Of a stretch of DNA of 64,000 nt, positions 10,304 to 21,483 are shown piece by piece. Both the position numbers and the translations under genes were made by a program. This DNA comes from Geosiphon pyriformis uo1. Taxonomy: Eukaryota > Fungi > Glomeromycota. Below the pieces are notes generated by a model, which was not told the origin of the DNA, did not search any database, and was given only the letters and a program-made list of their open reading frames with translations. Each line of letters opens with the position of its first letter. Position 1 is the first letter of the stretch. The stretch is taken from NCBI GenBank assembly GCA_016748015.1, contig JAAOMT010000046.1, forward strand, positions 62,001 through 126,000, read 5' to 3'.

Positions 10304-12982
10304 GCACACCTCCAAAGGGTGAGAGTGCAAGCCAACCAGAAAAAAACCCCTTTTACACCTTTAACTTAACTAATAATGACCATAACATAGATGAACTAGC
10401 AATTAACACCACAGAATCAACAAGGAAAAAGAAGAAAGCCAAGATTGATTTCGTTTTGGATGCAAACAAACCATCCACATCAACTGCTGATAATAATGAG
10501 CCACCAAAGACTAAAGTTTTTAAAAATTTCTCAAAGCTAGAATCCCCAGAAATAGTACAAAAATCTGGACCTTATTCTGTTGTTAAAGATTTCATAGAAA
10601 TCCCAACACATATTACCTTTGGCCAGCTGATGACTCATCCATAGTTTAGAAAAAATCTTTGCAAATCTCTGATCCCCAAGAAGAAAATACCAAAAACTAA
10701 CAAATGCTCTCATCAAGCTGGACTTGCTGACAACAGCAATGTTATCCTTTTAATTTGCAAAGCCCAAGTGGCTGGTTATTTCATCGACTTGATCCTAGAC
10801 AGTGGATCATTTGTGAGTGTCATTACCAAACATTTCTTAAAAGCAATTGGCAGAAAAATTGATGAACCTTCTACCAGACCTATAACCAATATACATAGTG
10901 ATAAAAAAAAAGGTCTTGGTATTGCCAAAGCTATTCCAGTCTGCATCAATGGCATCAGCATTGAAACTGACATGGAAGTTTCTGAAGCAAAAGAATACAC
11001 CATTATTGTTGGCAATAAGTGGCTCAAGAAAGCAAAAACCTTACTCGACTATGAACTATGTGAATTAACTATCAGATATGGTGAGAAGCCTATAGTGGTT
11101 AAATGTCACTATTAGACAACTCCCTCAGCAAACAAACAGGATCAAGAAGAAGAACAATCAGACAAATTAGATGATAAAGAGAGTGATGAAAAAGAAGAAC
11201 AAGAGGAACAAAAAGAAACCACTGAACTTGTATACACTACTTTTACCAGCAATGGCAAGCCACTGAACAATGTCAAAGCTGACAAAGAAAGAATCATTGT
11301 GAATGGCAAGCTGATCTGCTGGCCCTACTATGACATCCTTAGAAAAACTTTTGACCAAAAGCCTGGCAAAAAAGCCAAGTACTGTTATTGGTGGCATGGT
11401 TTTTGTGCCCAGTGCTGATGCAATCAACTCTTGTATTCTTCAAGTGATAAATGCAAATCATGTCTGATCTATTACAAAGATTGGGAATTAATCAGTTTGA
11501 TACCTAAGGAAGAATTGAAAAAAGTCCAAAAGTCCTTTGAAAATAAACCACCTGAGATCCAATCACTAGTTGTAGAACAAAGAAAACCCTCTTCAGAAGA
11601 AAGAAGAATAGACATTGAAAATTTGCTGGCTAGAAACAGCCCAATTATCTCAAAAAAAGTGATACTCTTGGACGAACTCATGTAATACAATACACCATCA
11701 CCACCAGAGAAACTTGCTCTATCTATCTAAAGCCATATCAATCCAATCACTGCAATAATGAGTTCATCAAGAAAGAAATAAAACAAATGAAAGATCTTGA
11801 ATTCATACAAGAAACCAAGAGTGAATGGGCTTTCCCAGTTGTAGTGATATCCAAGAAAGGTGGAACCCTATGCTTCTGTGTTGACTACCACCAATTAAAT
11901 GCCATCACTGAAAAAAACATGTACCCACTTCCCAAGATTGATGCAATACTGAACCAATTCAAAGATGCTGCTTTCTTTTCAACCATTAATCTAACTGCTG
12001 GATTCTGACAAGTAGAGATGAATCCAGAAAGCCAGAAGAAAACCGCCTTCATTACCAAGTATGGCACTTATGAATTTACAGTCATGCCTTTTGGTCTCAC
12101 CAATGCCCCTCTCACTTTTCAACACTTAATGGATAAAGTATTTGAATTAGTGAAAAAAAACTTTGTTCTGGTCTATTTAAATGATATAATGTGTACTCAA
12201 AAACCTGAGATGAACATCTTGAACATTTGCAAAAAGTTTTTAATCTTCTCAAAAATGCAGGTCTCAAGATCAACCCAATCAAATCTTTCTTTGGAAGACA
12301 ATCCACCCAATTTCTTGGCCATCTTATTACAAAAGATGGAATCTTCCCTGATTCAGCCAAAGTAGAAAAAGTTCAGAACATAAAACAACCAATGAATATT
12401 CATGAGTTACGTTTTTTTTTTGGTTTGGCCTTCTATTATCGCAAATTTGTTAAAGATTTCTCCAAAATTGTCTCTTCACTCAATCAGCTACTCAGGAAAA
12501 ATGTCAACTACTATTGGGGCATACATCAGCAAAAAGCATTTGAAACCCTCAAAGAAAAATTGGTTACAGAATCTATTCTCAAGCAATCTGATCTGGATCA
12601 ATCTTTTATCCTTTACACTGATGCATCTGACTATAGACCTGGTGCTGTTCTTTTACAAAAAGATAAAGATGGCAGAGAACATGCAATAGCCTATGCCAGT
12701 AGAACTCTTACACCAGCAGAAAAGAACTATTCAGTTACTGAGCAGGAATGCTTAGCAGTAGTTTGGGCTACCAGCTACTAAGATAAGTATCTCCTTGGTG
12801 TGAAGTTTTTGGTAGTAACAAATCACCAAGCTTTGGTTTGGCTGTGCAACAAAAAAAGGCTAGAACATAAACAGATAGCCTGCTGGATACTCCACTTGGA
12901 TGAATTTGACTATGATATTCAACATTGTAAAGGAGCTAATTATCAAAATGCCAATGCTCTCTTCAAACTTACCACCAAGTGA
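10291..12982 (+). pseudogene. pol: PR-RT-RNase H polyprotein region of element A (-1 frame relative to gag; disrupted)
   Basis: Protease LILDSGS at ~10789-10809. RT '[10 protein letters not shown]...VYLND(D)I'. RNase H 'YTDAS...IAYASRTLTPAEKNYSVTEQECLAVVWA'. Ends '...NANALFKLTTK*' at 12982. Confidence 0.9.
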
Positions 12983-13046
12983 CAATACAACCTCCTAAAC
13001 CAAACCAACCTAATTATTAATAATTCTCTTACAGCCAAACATGATA

Positions 13047-14360
13047 ATGGACTTGGACAACTACTCTACCTTAATGGAATTTTTGGGTAAAGAACAATAC
13101 CCACCAGAATACACTTGACAGCAAAGAGAACATTTGCACAAACAATTAAATTTTTATTTGATCTGCCAGAACCTATTATATAAAAGAAATAGAAAAGATC
13201 CTGACCACTCCTAGAGAGTCATAAGATTTGAAGAAAGAGAAATTGTGATCTACAACATGCACACTGATCCATTAGCTAAACACTTTGGAAAAACAAAAAC
13301 AATTCAAAAAATTCTAGCTCACTATTATTGGCCTACCTTGGGAAAAGACATTGCTGAGTACATTAAAACCTGTGATACCTGCCAAAAAAAAGGAAAACCC
13401 AATCGCAAAGAAGACATCCATCCAATTTCTGTTGGCCAATCCTTTGACAGAATTGGTATAGATGTTGTTGGACCATTAACAATAACTCTTGATGGCAACA
13501 GATACATTATCACAGCTACTAACTATCTTACAAAGTAAGTAGAAACAAAAGCCACCCCAGATCAAACAGCAGTTTCCATTGCTAATTTTATTTATGAAAA
13601 TATCATTTGTCGCCATGACTGCCCCAAAAAACTTTTATCTAATAGAGAAAAAGCTTTTCTCAGTACACTGGTTGAAAAACTTTGTAGAAAAATGGGAATA
13701 CATTACAAACTTTTCTCCCCTTATCACCCTCAAACAAATAGCCTAGTAGAATGTTTCAATAGAACACTGTGTGAAACCTTAGCCAAAACAAGTGAAGAAA
13801 CAAACTTATGGGACAAAGTACTGTCTTCAGCTTTGTTTGCTTATAGAACTGTGAATTATAACATAACAAGTTATAAACCCTTTTATCTGCTCTATGGACA
13901 AATGGCAATACTACCAATAGAAACTAATATTGAGACAATACCATTTGAAGAAATCACAATAGGGAATTACAAAGACATTTTGCAAAAAAGACTTGGTACT
14001 ATTCTTGACTCATTGGTAGAAGCACAAATAGTTGCTTTTGAAAAGATAAAACAGTTTCAAAAAAAGCTTAAAAAGAAGAAAACCTATAAAACACTTTCTT
14101 TAAGTGTTGGTGACTTGGTATTAGAATACTGTTCAGACAGAAACAATGTCTATGGTAATAAATTCTTTAGCCGGTGAAAAGAACCCTTTATAGTTAACAA
14201 AGTTTTGAATAATGGTTCTTATATTCTTCAAGATCAATCTGGAACAATCTTTAATGATCGATCTGTTCATGATATGTGACTCAAAAAATACCACAAACGA
14301 CCTGATTGGTTGCCTGTTGTGGTAATACCGACTCAAATGATCAACAAAAATCAAGTATAA
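13047..14360 (+). pseudogene. Integrase ORF of element A (own ATG; HHCC, DDE core, GPY/F-type C-terminus)
   Basis: 'MHTDPLAKHFG...IKTCDTCQ' HHCC motif, 'IGIDVVGPL', 'SPYHPQTNSLVECFNRTL', 'WK(G)PFIVNKV'. 1314 nt, identical in length to the B copy. Confidence 0.9.
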
Positions 14361-14401
14361 ATAAATGCACCATTTCCAAAACAGAGGTATCTTTAATCGA
14401 C

Positions 14402-15058
14402 ATGAACAATTATTTTCTGGATCAAAACATTCAAAATGCTTTCTATATTCTTTATGAGTATTGGATTAAAAACTATCCAAATGCTACTCTGACCATTGGA
14501 AAACAAACTACAATAACTGACAACAGTGGAACACATACTGTTATTAAACCAAAGAAAACAACTACCAAAAGAGAAAAAATTGGTAGCAAAATGGATAAGT
14601 ATTTGCTGAAAAGTATAACAGCAGCAATACTTGTACCTTCCATCACAATTGGAAAAACAATTAAAGAAATCTTGCCTATAGACAAAAACTTGTCATATGG
14701 AAGACAACTAAAACTCTATGGTCACCTTGATGAAATCATAAAAGACATGAAGCTTATGAAGAAAACAACTTCTGAGATACAAGTGGAAATTTTGGACATT
14801 GTATGATTAGATGTCCCAAGAGTTTTGACCATTGCAAAAAGAGCCAAAACTCTAATACAAAGATTTGGTCTCTTAAATACAAAACTCATTTCGTCTCAAG
14901 TATTATACACCCTATCTACAAAAGACTTCAATAAATTAGTTAGCTTTGAGTTAAATAAAACTCTTCAAATAGATTACACTATAAATAGCTAGATTTTGCC
15001 AAAGCTTAATCTCTTTGGAGAGAATGATGTTATGGTTGAAACTTATACTTTTTATTAA
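14402..15058 (+). pseudogene. Additional ORF3 of unknown function (218 codons), running through the PPT into the 3' LTR
   Basis: Same ATG and stop, same length, in B (36346-35690); homologous in C and D. The internal stop at 14804-14806 is CAG in copy D, so it is probably a decayed CpG (Arg) codon. Confidence 0.7.
15017..15027 (+). promoter_or_regulatory. Polypurine tract GGAGAG(G/A)ATGA
   Basis: Directly upstream of the 3' LTR TG at 15028; GGAGAGGATGA in B (35721-35731, minus). Confidence 0.75.
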
Positions 15059-15753
15059 TTATCATATGTATTAGCCACTGATGTCATATAATTAGCCACA
15101 CTATTTTTAGAAAGTGATTGTTAATCTGATCAATGACCTGACCATTAACCTGATCATTGACTTGATCATTGACCTAATCAATAACTTGATCATTGACTTA
15201 ATTATTAACCTAATCATTGACCATTTTTGACAGCTATATAAGCAATGAATCCCTTAGCTATAGAAAAGCATGTAATAACAAGCATCTGAATAATCAAGAA
15301 TAAATAAAATAACAACTTTTATCTCAATCCTTTTTTTATCGCTAATTTCCCTTTCTCTACTTTCAAATATCTGAACATCTTAAAGATAAAAAATTACTTG
15401 TTGGCCTTTTCCTGATGTATATAATTGTAGCATTTAAAGATTATTTGAATAAACATGACTGAAAAACACAAGTTAATACCTGATATTAAATTCTAAGAGT
15501 GCTGACATGAGACATAGAATTATACTAGTGGTAATCAATTGTTGACAGTACGGACTATCCCTCTACCTTCAGATTTCCCCAGTTATCTTTAAAAAGAATA
15601 GCAACTGAGATATTTTATGAGACTAATCTCGCACATTAAATTTATACTTATTCAATTTGCTTTTTAAAGTTGAATTCCCCTTTGATTATTTCTATTACTC
15701 TACAATCTTGTTCTTTCTTGCTATCTGTTAGCTTGTTATTCCAACCTGTAACA
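15028..15753 (+). repeat. 3' LTR of element A (726 bp)
   Basis: Direct repeat of 8057-8697 with 7 extra 12-bp units. Confidence 0.95.
15119..15222 (+). repeat. 12-bp tandem repeat (CATTGACCTGAT)n in LTR U3, ~8.7 units
   Basis: Units read directly; similar arrays at ~35527-35633, ~42466-42572, ~50886-51015, ~19245-19355 and ~60625-60728. Confidence 0.9.
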
Positions 15754-16616
15754 CCAGTTTTAAAAATCTTGGAATTGTTTACTGAATTGTTTTTTAACAG
15801 AAAAGCAAATTAAACAAAAAAGCAGAAGATTGAGTTTAATAAAATCTAGGTTATTTTTGTTGTGTGCTGTAAAGTGTTTTTTTAATTATTGTAATAAATA
15901 TAAATAATTATTCATATAATTAAGAACAAGATGGATTTTAATACTTTACAGAAAGCATCACTTTTATGTTACAAGTTAGAATAACAAGCTAACAGATAGC
16001 AAAGAAAAACAGAATTGTAGAATAATGAAATTAATCAAAAAAAATAACAATAAAAAAGTAAATTGAATGAGTAAAAATTCAATATGTATAATTAGTTTTA
16101 TAAAAATCACAGTTGTAAATCTTTTTTGGAAATCTAAAAATAGAGAAATAGTTTATAATTGTTAATAAAATAATACTATTGCTATTATTTTATGTCTTAA
16201 TTCAGTAATTTTTAGAATTAATAACAAATATTATTGTGTTTTTTAATTGTTTTTTTATTCAATGAATTACAAAAGCAAGCAATTGCTTCTTAGACTAATT
16301 CTAATAATACAAATCAAAAAGGAAAAAAATAAGGTATGTAAAAGCCAACAAGTAATTTTTTATTCTAAGATATTTAGTTACTTAAAAATAAGAAAAAAAA
16401 AATAAGCAATATATAAAAAAGTAATTAATAATGAGTTTTATTTTATTATTTTAATTATGTTTTTTTACAGCTAAAAGACTTATTGCTTATATAACTATTA
16501 AAAGTAATTAATAATTAGGTCATTAATTACTATCTAAAAATAAGATGAATAATTATGTAACATTAGTGATTAATACATATAATAATTAACAAAAACTATA
16601 GTTTTTAGCTATAACA

Positions 16617-19600
16617 CTACCAAGTGCTTTTTTGGAAAAACTGAACTCAAGTTTTTGGAACATATTATAAGCAAAAATAATATTAAAACAGATTCAGATA
16701 AAATTAAGATAGTTAAAAACTTTCTAATATTAACAAATTTGATAAAACTAAGAGCATTTTTGGAATTTACTAAATACTATTATTATTTTATTCGAAATTT
16801 CTCCAAACTGGCTTAATTATTACACCAGTTTCAAGCAAAAAACACCAAGTATAAATGAACTAAAAAACAACAAAAAGCTTTCAATACATTAAGAAGAAAG
16901 CTTATTTAAGCTCTAGTATTAATCTATTCAGATTATAGCAAGCCATTTATTATTATTACTAATGTATTAGATCAAGCATTAAAAGTTGTACTATTACAAA
17001 AAAAATTAGAAAAATGAAAACATTTAATGATATATGCTAACCAAAGTTTGAATCCAGTAAAAAAAAATTATAGAACTGTAGCACTAAAATATTTAATTAT
17101 TTATTAGGCTGTTATAAAATAAAAAAAATACTTAAACCAAAAATTTGACATATATATTGATCACAAAATATTAATATTAATTTAGAAGCAAAAATTTGAA
17201 GATAATCACTATGCAAAATAAAAAATAGAACTATTACTATTTAATTATACAGTATATTATAAAAAAAGAAAAAAAATATTGACAGTTTATTATAAATAAG
17301 ACAAATCTAAATACATTTTAATCTAAAAATATAATAAAAGATAAATACATAAAAATATCAACAACTCCAATATTATATTAATACTCAACAATTTAAAAAA
17401 AATTATTTTAAAAAACAAAACTACATAAAACAACAATCAAAATATACTATATTAAAAAAAACAGAAAAGATTCAAACCAGTTATTCAGAATAATTACAGA
17501 ATTAGAAAAAAAAATAATACTGTTTAATATGTATTCAGATCTAACTACAAAATATTTTTATAAAAAAACAATTATGAAAAGAATCAAAAAAAAATATTAT
17601 TGGCTATTAATATATTCAAACATCATTTAATATGTTTAAAATTATGATATTTGTCAAAAAAAAAAGAACAAGACTCAACAAACTACTAAAACCAATTAAA
17701 ATAAGACAACTATTTGATTAGATTAAAATTATCTTAGTAAGACCATTAATTATAACCAGCAGAAACAATTAATACATAGCAATAGTTATTGACTATTTTA
17801 TAAAATGGCCAAAAGCTAAAGCCATTCAAAAAGCAGATGCAAAATTCATAGCTAAATTTATATATCAAAATTTGATTTGTCAATATAGATGTTCAAAAAA
17901 ATTGTTATCAGACCAAAAAACTTATTTTGTAAACAAAACATTAACAAAATTAAGTCAAAAATTTAGAATTAAAAAACCATTATTATTTCTATATTATCTA
18001 CAAACAAATGGCTTAATTGAAAAATTCAACAAAATATTGTACAAAATAATTGTTAAAATTAGTCAAAAAAATTAGTATGAATAAGATTTGTTTATATTAT
18101 TAATATTATTTGCTTATTGAACAATAAAACAAAATATTATACAAACAATACCATTTAAACTAGTTTATAATAAAATAGTAATATTATTAGTCAAGATAAA
18201 TATTAATACATATTTAACAGAACCAATAACAGAAGCCAACTTTTAAGAAACATTGTTAAAAAGAACATATAAATTAATAGAAACTCTAGAAAACAAAAGA
18301 CAAAAAGCAGCTAATAACATATAAAAGTCACAAAAAAAACAAAAAAAATAACATGACAACCAATTATCAGATAAACTGATCGAATTTAGAATTAGAAACA
18401 AAGTACTTTTATATTGTATTAAAGTAAAAAAACAATAAAGTAGAAAGTTTAATCCCAAATAAGATGGTTCATTCTACATTAAAAATTTTTAAAAAAATAG
18501 AGCTTACAAATTAAGATAAAACAACAAAAGCTTAATCAAAACAGTACATAATGATTGAATAAAATTATATTATAATATAATATTATTATTTACTAGTAAT
18601 ATATTACAACTGAAAATACAAAAAATACTAGTCAAATCAGATAAGATTTCATAAAATTTAAAACCAATTATAATTATTGAAGAAAACACAAAAAATAAAT
18701 TAAGATAAAAGTATTATTACAAATTAGAATAACAAGTTAATAAATAATAAGAAAAAACAAAATTATATGGTAATAAAATGAATTAAAAAGAATTTAACTT
18801 TAAAAAATAAATTAAATAAATATGAATTCAATATGCAAGATCAGTCTTATAAAATATTTCAGTTGCTATTCTTTTCAAAAAATAATAGAGAATTTGAAAG
18901 TAAAGAAATAGTCTGTACTGTTAACAAATAATAACACACTGGTATAATTTTATGTTTTATATTGATGCTCTTAGAATTTGATATCAGATATCAGATGTGC
19001 TTTTTAATCATGTTTTATTTAATAATCTTTAAATACTACAATTACACAAATCAAAAAAAGAGTAGAAAAATGCCAACAAGTAATTTTTTATTTTAAGATG
19101 TTTAAATACTTGAAAATAAAGAAAGAAAAATAAGTAATATAAGAAAAATTTAAGATAATAGTTGTTATTTTTATTTCTTTTATTTCTTATATTTAATTAT
19201 GTTTTTCTATAGCTAAGAAATTCATTACTTATATAGCTATTAAAAGTGATCAATAATTAAGTTAATGACTAAGTTAATAATTAGATCATTAATTAAGTCA
19301 ATAATCAAATTAATAATCAAATCAACAATTAAATTATTGATTAAATTAATGATTACTATCTAAAAATAAGGTGGCTAATTATATAATATTAGTGGCTAAT
19401 ATATATAATAATTAATAAAAACTATAAGGTTTAATCATAATAGTATATAAAAACACAGTATATACAATAAAAACAACAGTAAAAAATAAAAATCTTAGAC
19501 CACATTTACATAATAGCACAAAAATTATTTCAAGCCATAAATTAACAATAATTGGACATAAAAATTATTATTAATTACCAAACAATTTGTTATAAAAACA

Positions 19601-20983
19601 CAAAAAAAGAAAAAAAAGCAAAAATTATTTCATATTAGTTACTACAAAACTAAATAAAGCACTGATTAAATAAGATTATAAAAAAAGTAAAAAACACTTT
19701 TGGAAAAATATTAATTATTGTTTTAACAGAAAAACTAATTAAAAAAAATTGGAAGCTATGAATAAAACAACTTTCAATAGCATATTATTATTATTGGTTA
19801 AAACAAAAGCTGAATATTCAAGAATTGTATATTAACAAATCCAAAAAAATATTTAATCAAAAAAGGATACAACAGATCGAAGACTTTATTAAAAAAAAAA
19901 ACAAGTTCTATACTATATATTAAAATAATTTGTTAATTATATACTGTATTTCAAAATTATTCAGAAATATTACTATATTTAAAAATAAAAACAATAATTA
20001 TTAACCAGTAGAAAAAAATGACCAACTCTTAATTCAAAAACATAAAAACAAGAATTAAACAAACAATATTAAAAAAAAAGTAAGAAATTTAATTCAAAAT
20101 GAAAATTTTGATGAAGCTTAATATTAAAAAAAAGATAATATTATTTATAAGAAAAGATACAAGAAAAAAATAAAAAAAACAGATCATAAAATAGACCAAT
20201 AGGAGAATAGTACTCAATAAATAAACATCTTTTCAAGAAATTATGACATACTTTCAAGAATGTGCATATTCTCAAAAAATAAACATATTTTAGAAAGTAA
20301 CATAAAAAAAAGTAGAAATATATAAGATTTTATATAACATAAATTATGTATATATAATAAAAATATTAAAAACAGAAAAAAAAACAGTAGTTAGAAACAA
20401 GTAATTATCAAATATCTCTTTTTTCAAAAAATAGTTTTTTATAACTTAAAGTAAAATCACATCTATATTAATAAAAATACTCATTATTAATCAATTTATA
20501 TTGTTATTGCTTGGTTAAAAAAAATTAATTACTTTAGCATTATTAATACTTTATGTTAATAAAATTCAATACTTAATTATATTAGACTAATAGCTTTTAA
20601 TTTTGACTATTAATAAAATACTAATTTTTTATTTTATTTTATTTTATTTTATTTTTGTTTTTTTTGTTGTTATTAATTGATTAAAATAATTAAGTATTGA
20701 ATAATTAATGTCAAAAATAGTCTAATAAAAGATTTAGAAAACAAAAATAGAAAACTTAAAAATAGCTTATTAGAAAGACATAACTGTTAAATTAAACTAG
20801 CCATCATACTAAAGAAAAAAATTTACAAAAGAAACTATCAATTAAATCTCTGTTCATTATACAAAAGACTCAACCAAAATTTTTAAATCACAAAACCTTT
20901 AAAAATTACTATTATTAATAGCTATTAAGTACTAAATTACAGATTTGTTATTTATTTCAACACTTAAATAATTATTTATAATA
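16617..20983 (+). mobile_element. Degenerate Ty3/Gypsy family 2 (5' truncated): RT end, RNase H, integrase, downstream region, 3' LTR 20139-20983
   Basis: 'KCFFGKTELKFLEHIISK...LRAFL' at 16621-16765; decayed '(A)YAN(R)SLNP(A)(E)KNY' at ~17030-17070; integrase 'YLQTNGLIEKFNK' at ~17995-18033. Purine-rich tract before 20139. LTR homologous to 3310-4236. Confidence 0.8.
18715..19442 (-). mobile_element. Solo LTR of Gypsy family 1
   Basis: Full-length decayed LTR with TSD GTAT at 18711-18714 and 19443-19446. Confidence 0.85.
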
Positions 20984-20989
20984 ATATAT

Positions 20990-21108
20990 ATTGAATTTTT
21001 ATTCATTTAATTTGCTCTTTTATTATAATTCTCTTTTTAATTAATTTTATTACCCTATAATTCTGTTTTTTTTTGCTATCTATTAGCTTGTTATTCTAAC
21101 CCATAATA
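20990..21108 (+). repeat. 3'-end (U5) fragment of a family-1 LTR
   Basis: '...ttgctatctattagcttgttattctaacccataata' matches 8662-8697. Confidence 0.7.
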
Positions 21109-21483
21109 ATATTATAGATTAAAATAACAAGTTAACAAATAACAAAATAAAACAGAATTGTATAATAATATAAATAATTAAAAGAGAATTTAAATTCAAA
21201 GAATAAATTAAATTGGTATGAATTTAATATGTAAGATTAATTTTATAAATATTTTAGTCACTGTTTTTTTCAAAAAATAACAAGAAATTTATAGATAAAA
21301 ATAGTCTGTACTGTTAACAAAAAATAACACATTTATATAATTTTATGTCTTATATTAATACTCTTAAAATTCAATATCAAATATTAATTATATTTTTTAA
21401 TAATACTTATTTAATAATCTTCAAAATTAACAATTACAGATAAATATTAACAAGTAATTTTTTATTACAAAAATGTTTAAATA

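Larger units (their letters stand above)
8057..15753 (+). mobile_element. Ty3/Gypsy LTR retrotransposon, family 1, copy A (full length, inactivated)
   Basis: LTRs 8057-8697 and 15028-15753 (TGTT...AACA). TSD CCAG at 8053-8056 and 15754-15757. PBS and PPT present. Domain order gag-PR-RT-RH-IN is Gypsy-type. Confidence 0.97.
6995..16616 (-). mobile_element. Older truncated Gypsy family-1 copy (E): 5' LTR 15967-16616, PBS and gag remnant (6995-8056 + 15758-15966); element A is nested inside it
   Basis: Gag sequence reads through the CCAG target site on both sides of element A (…ttcagaaaCCAG|ttttaaaaatcttggaattg…, matching 41720-41760 in B). LTR TG at 15967, ...ATAACA at 16616. Decayed PBS at ~15944-15960. 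Confidence 0.85.

Noticed and set aside
10280-10317. 38-nt intron fusing gag and pol
   Set aside because: Very short with a weak donor; the in-phase UUUAAAC heptamer and open -1 frame explain the junction better.
12979-13034. GT-AG intron joining RNase H to integrase
   Set aside because: Splicing would be out of frame in A, and the AG acceptor is absent in B and C.
14804-14806. True stop codon ending ORF3 at 134 aa
   Set aside because: Present in A, B and C, but copy D has CAG here and the downstream frame is conserved to the LTR; most likely a decayed CpG Arg codon.
14402-15058. Envelope gene (env position)
   Set aside because: Too short, with no signal peptide, transmembrane segment or furin/fusion motif visible.
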